Source of the DNA: Squalus acanthias
Taxonomy: Eukaryota
DNA: 64,000 nucleotides
NCBI GenBank assembly: GCA_030390025.1
Contig: CM059432.1
Span: forward strand, 12,524,001-12,588,000
Direction: 5' to 3'
Below, in pieces: positions 60,770 to 64,000 of this stretch. Within the stretch, counting starts at the first letter, position 1. Each line of letters begins with the position of its first letter. Both the position numbers and the translations under genes were made by a program. The notes under the pieces were generated by a model. It was not told the DNA's origin and did no database searches. It worked only from the letters and a program-made list of their open reading frames with translations.

Positions 60770-61280
60770 TAATGTCATGGCCTTGAAGAAGCTGCAGAGG
60801 AAATTTATTAGAATGGTACCAGGGATGAGGGACTTCAGTTTTGTGGAGAGACTGGAGAAGCTGAGATTGTTCTCCTTAGAGCAGAGAAGGTTAAGTAACA
60901 CAGATTTAATAGAAGTGTTCAAAATTAAAAGGGGTTTTGCTAGATTAGATAGGGAGAAACTGTTTCCACTGGCAGGTGAGTCGGTAACCAGAGGACACAG
61001 ATTTAAGATAATTGCCAAAAAATCCAGGGGGGGAAATGAGGAGAATATTTTTAATTAACGAGTAGTTGTGATCTGGAATGCGCTGCCTGAAAGGGTGGAG
61101 GAAGCAGATTCAATAGTAACTTTCAAAAGGGAATTGGATAGATACTTAAAAAGGAGAAATTTGCAGGGCTACGGGGAAAAAGCAGGTGAGTGGAACTAAT
61201 TGGCTGCTCTTTCAGAGAGCCGGCACAGACACGATGGGCCAAATGGCCTCCTTCTGTGCTGTTTGATTCTATGATTCTAT
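60770..61280 (+). mobile_element. CR1 3' fragment
   Basis: LQRKFIRMVPGMR..LFSLEQRRL..TRGHRFKI with an (ATTCTATG)n tail. Confidence 0.92.
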
Positions 61281-61309
61281 AAGCTATGTGACAGACATCA
61301 TCTTCAATG

Positions 61310-61530
61310 TAAACAAGAAGCAAAATACTGCAGATGCCGATAATCTGAAAAACCCCCAGAAAAAAAAAGACATTTCTCAATGGGTGGGGCAGGATCTGTG
61401 GAGAAACAGAACTCAACGTTTCAGCTTTCAGTCCTGAGGAAGAATCTAAGACCTGAAATGTCGACTTCTGTTTCTCCACAGATACTGCCTGACCTGCTGA
61501 GTATTTCCAGCTTTTTCTGCTTTTGTTATC
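61310..61530. mobile_element. Fold-back Penelope-end-like element with a degenerate hammerhead core
   Basis: Inverted arms ATCTGTGGAGAAACAGAA/TTCTGTTTCTCCACAGAT, with CTGAGGA..GAAA at 61434-61458. Confidence 0.6.
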
Positions 61531-62364
61531 ATCTTCAAAGCTCCTACAAAGGACAACTTGGGCTCTCCACGCCACCTTGATGATCTAGATGTCCAACTTC
61601 AATGCATGTACTAGGATTGCTCTGCATCAACTGCTTAATCTAGGTCCTCATATGAGAGGGTTTGTCAAGGAGATGTGAGGCAGTCTCCCCCTCCAGGTGC
61701 TCAGTCAATATCAGTATTAATATTAACCCTCCCTTTCTGTACCTGGCTCCCCTTTTTGCCATTAAACCACCTCACAGCTTGGTCCTAGATTTCACACATG
61801 GCCCTTTTGTTGCGTGCCTTGGAGTTGTGAACTACGAAGGCTAATTGTTTGAACAAATATCTTATACACTACAAGCTTAACCTGAAATCAGAAATTAAAA
61901 GAAAAACTAAAATAATAACAGAGAAAGAGAAAATGTGGTTAATATGCATTTCCAGATTCTTTCTATGCAGTGATATGATTTGTGAGACAATGGCACCATT
62001 ATGTCGCTGATCATTTCTGACTCATTTGATAACTTTTGGTGAAATATTAGTGAAACATGTATTGGAAGGATCAGCACTGTAACAGATTTAAAGTTTGCTA
62101 ACATGTTCTTGTGAAACATTACAGCCTTTCAAGCTGATCCTGCTTATTGGTGCTTCTTCATTGCTCAAGAATTCCCAAGTGTGGTGACGTTGCCCTTTTA
62201 AGAATTACACTAATACATTTATGAGCAATAACCCTCTATACAGAAAACATTAATGATCGTTTTGTGTTTTTACTGCTTGAACCATTCTACTTACTTCTCT
62301 GCTTTGAAGTTATAACTGAATGAAATTTGGAAATTGAACCAAGCTATTGTGGAATTATGAGAAA

Positions 62365-62790
62365 GGACAGACTTGAGTTTATATAGCACCTAGCCGCATC
62401 ACGTTTTTCGGATACCTCTCAGAGTGCTTTGAATGCAATGAATTACTTTTGAAATGCAGCGATCAGCATCACGCAGGCAAACAGAGCAGCCAATTTGACA
62501 ACAGCAAAATTCCACTAGCAACAATGAGTTGAAAGTCCAGTTAATTTGTTTTTCAGTGGTTGGTTGAGGGAGGAATGTTTGCCAGGCACCAGGAGAACTC
62601 GCTGCTCTTTCTTGAATACTATCTGGTTTAAAATTTCACCTGAAGTACAGCACCTCCAGCAGTGTAGCACTCCCTCACTACTGCACTGAATTGTCAGTGT
62701 AAATGCTGTGCTCAAGACATGGAGCAGGACTTGAGCCCATAACCTTCTGACTCAGAAGCAAGAGACCTACAACTAAGCCAAGTTGACACA
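62365..62790 (-). mobile_element. Degenerate Deu-type SINE
   Basis: Reverse complement of the 20738 head (AACCTTCTGACTCAGA..TAAGCCA) and tail (TTTATATAGCACC). Confidence 0.7.
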
Positions 62791-62916
62791 GGTCATTCTG
62801 GATTGGAAATTCTAGATCTTGCAAATCTGGCAAACGTTCAGCTTAATTTTAAATGTGTGCTATGGAAACCAGACCGGTATGCACAGAGTGATAGCATCTA
62901 GGATTCATGTCACAAT

Positions 62917-63680
62917 GCCCTGAAATTGGACTTCGATGGTTGCCGCGGGGGTAAGGATCCCCCGCGATATCGCACTCCACGCCTGCCTTTATGGTTTTGG
63001 CCCACACGAACTTCAGTTCCTGGGCCTCTCCCTGGTGCCGGCGCGCAGTGTGTGCGTGTCCCAGAGGCGCAGTTAGTTCGATGCGACCTCTGGGATCACG
63101 TGGGCCAGTTAGAGCCAATGGCAGCACACCATCTTTCATTCATAGTTTTGACAGGAAGAGCTGTCAAAGCTATGAATACAACTTGCCCCCAAAAGAACAG
63201 CTAAACCTCAATTAAATTTTTTTAAAAACCCATCACATTAATAAAATAACTATAGTTAAATAAATTAACCACTTTAAACAAAAATTTAAATTTTTGAAAA
63301 AATTTAAATTCTTTTTAAAAGTTATAAAAATAAACTTACCTTTCTTTAAAGTCTCTAAAAAAGATAAACCTGTTGAAAAAATTTAAAATAATACTTAATT
63401 AACTACTTACCTTGTTAAAAGGGGGTCTTACGCCTCCTTTCTTCATGTGTAAAATCTTCAACACTTACCCTCGCGTTCAAACCTGAAAAAAAAACTAAGT
63501 GTGCTGCATGCGCACAGCCTGTAGTGCGCACGCGGTTCACTTAGGAACCGCCCCCTTCGCAATATCGGAAGTGCCGGTTTCCCGCGCATGCGCAGTGCAT
63601 GCAGGAAACCGGCACTTCGGGACCGAATATGGGTGAGTACACAGTGCGTACTCTCCCGTATTCGGACGAATTTCTGGGCC
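62917..63680 (-). mobile_element. MITE family B, third copy
   Basis: GCCCTGAAATT...GAATTTCTGGGCC|ATG; close reverse-complement match to 45486-46248. Confidence 0.88.
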
Positions 63681-64000
63681 ATGTGTGTGGCACCGACATA
63701 GACATAAGCTGGTGGTACTGCAGTCTCTGGACCAGCAAGTTGAGGGCTTGAGCTGGACTGAGAGACTTCAACTTGTGTGCAGTGCTGGAGGCCCAGTACT
63801 GCATTAGTGACTGCTACATCATGGGATAATATTATTTAAATGAGATATTGTCCACTATTAATATCTCATTTGAATAGTGGACTGTATTATTTGCAAAACA
63901 GCGCAGCAGTTTTATTACCCACAGGCTCTACAAAATTTCTATACATGTTCCCATGAGCAAAGTGTCTTACTTCATTTGGCAACTCTGAATAAACATCTTA

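Noticed and set aside
1..64000. CRISPR array, prokaryotic operon, or retron/DGR-type RT system
   Set aside because: No regularly spaced repeat-spacer array was seen. All RT motifs are eukaryotic retroelement types in vertebrate-like repeat DNA.

Overview
Eukaryotic, repeat-dominated window, most likely intergenic or intronic DNA from a cartilaginous fish (shark). That assignment is inferred from the repeat families: CR1 LINEs with (TTCTATG/TTCTTATG)n tails, SacSINE1/Deu-type SINEs and Penelope ends. I found no intact host protein-coding gene, rRNA, tRNA or CRISPR. Nearly every recognisable ORF in the track is a fragment of a retroelement (CR1, L2, RTE, Penelope GIY-YIG) or its antisense. Main points: (1) a PIF/Harbinger 'ecosystem' of decayed Myb/SANT and HARBI1-like transposase remnants plus three families of 630-900 bp non-autonomous elements with GG..AAATT/AATTT..CC ends and 3-bp ATT/ATG target duplications; (2) one of these families keeps covarying hairpins, an NRF1-type site and clustered 5' splice sites; (3) Penelope ends carrying minimal hammerhead ribozymes; (4) an unclassified 1.1-kb element with ~280-bp terminal inverted repeats; (5) two solo LTRs nested in one CR1; (6) a speculative viral minor-capsid-like relic at the left edge. 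There is a 500-N assembly gap. All alignments and translations were done by eye, so boundaries of old elements are approximate.
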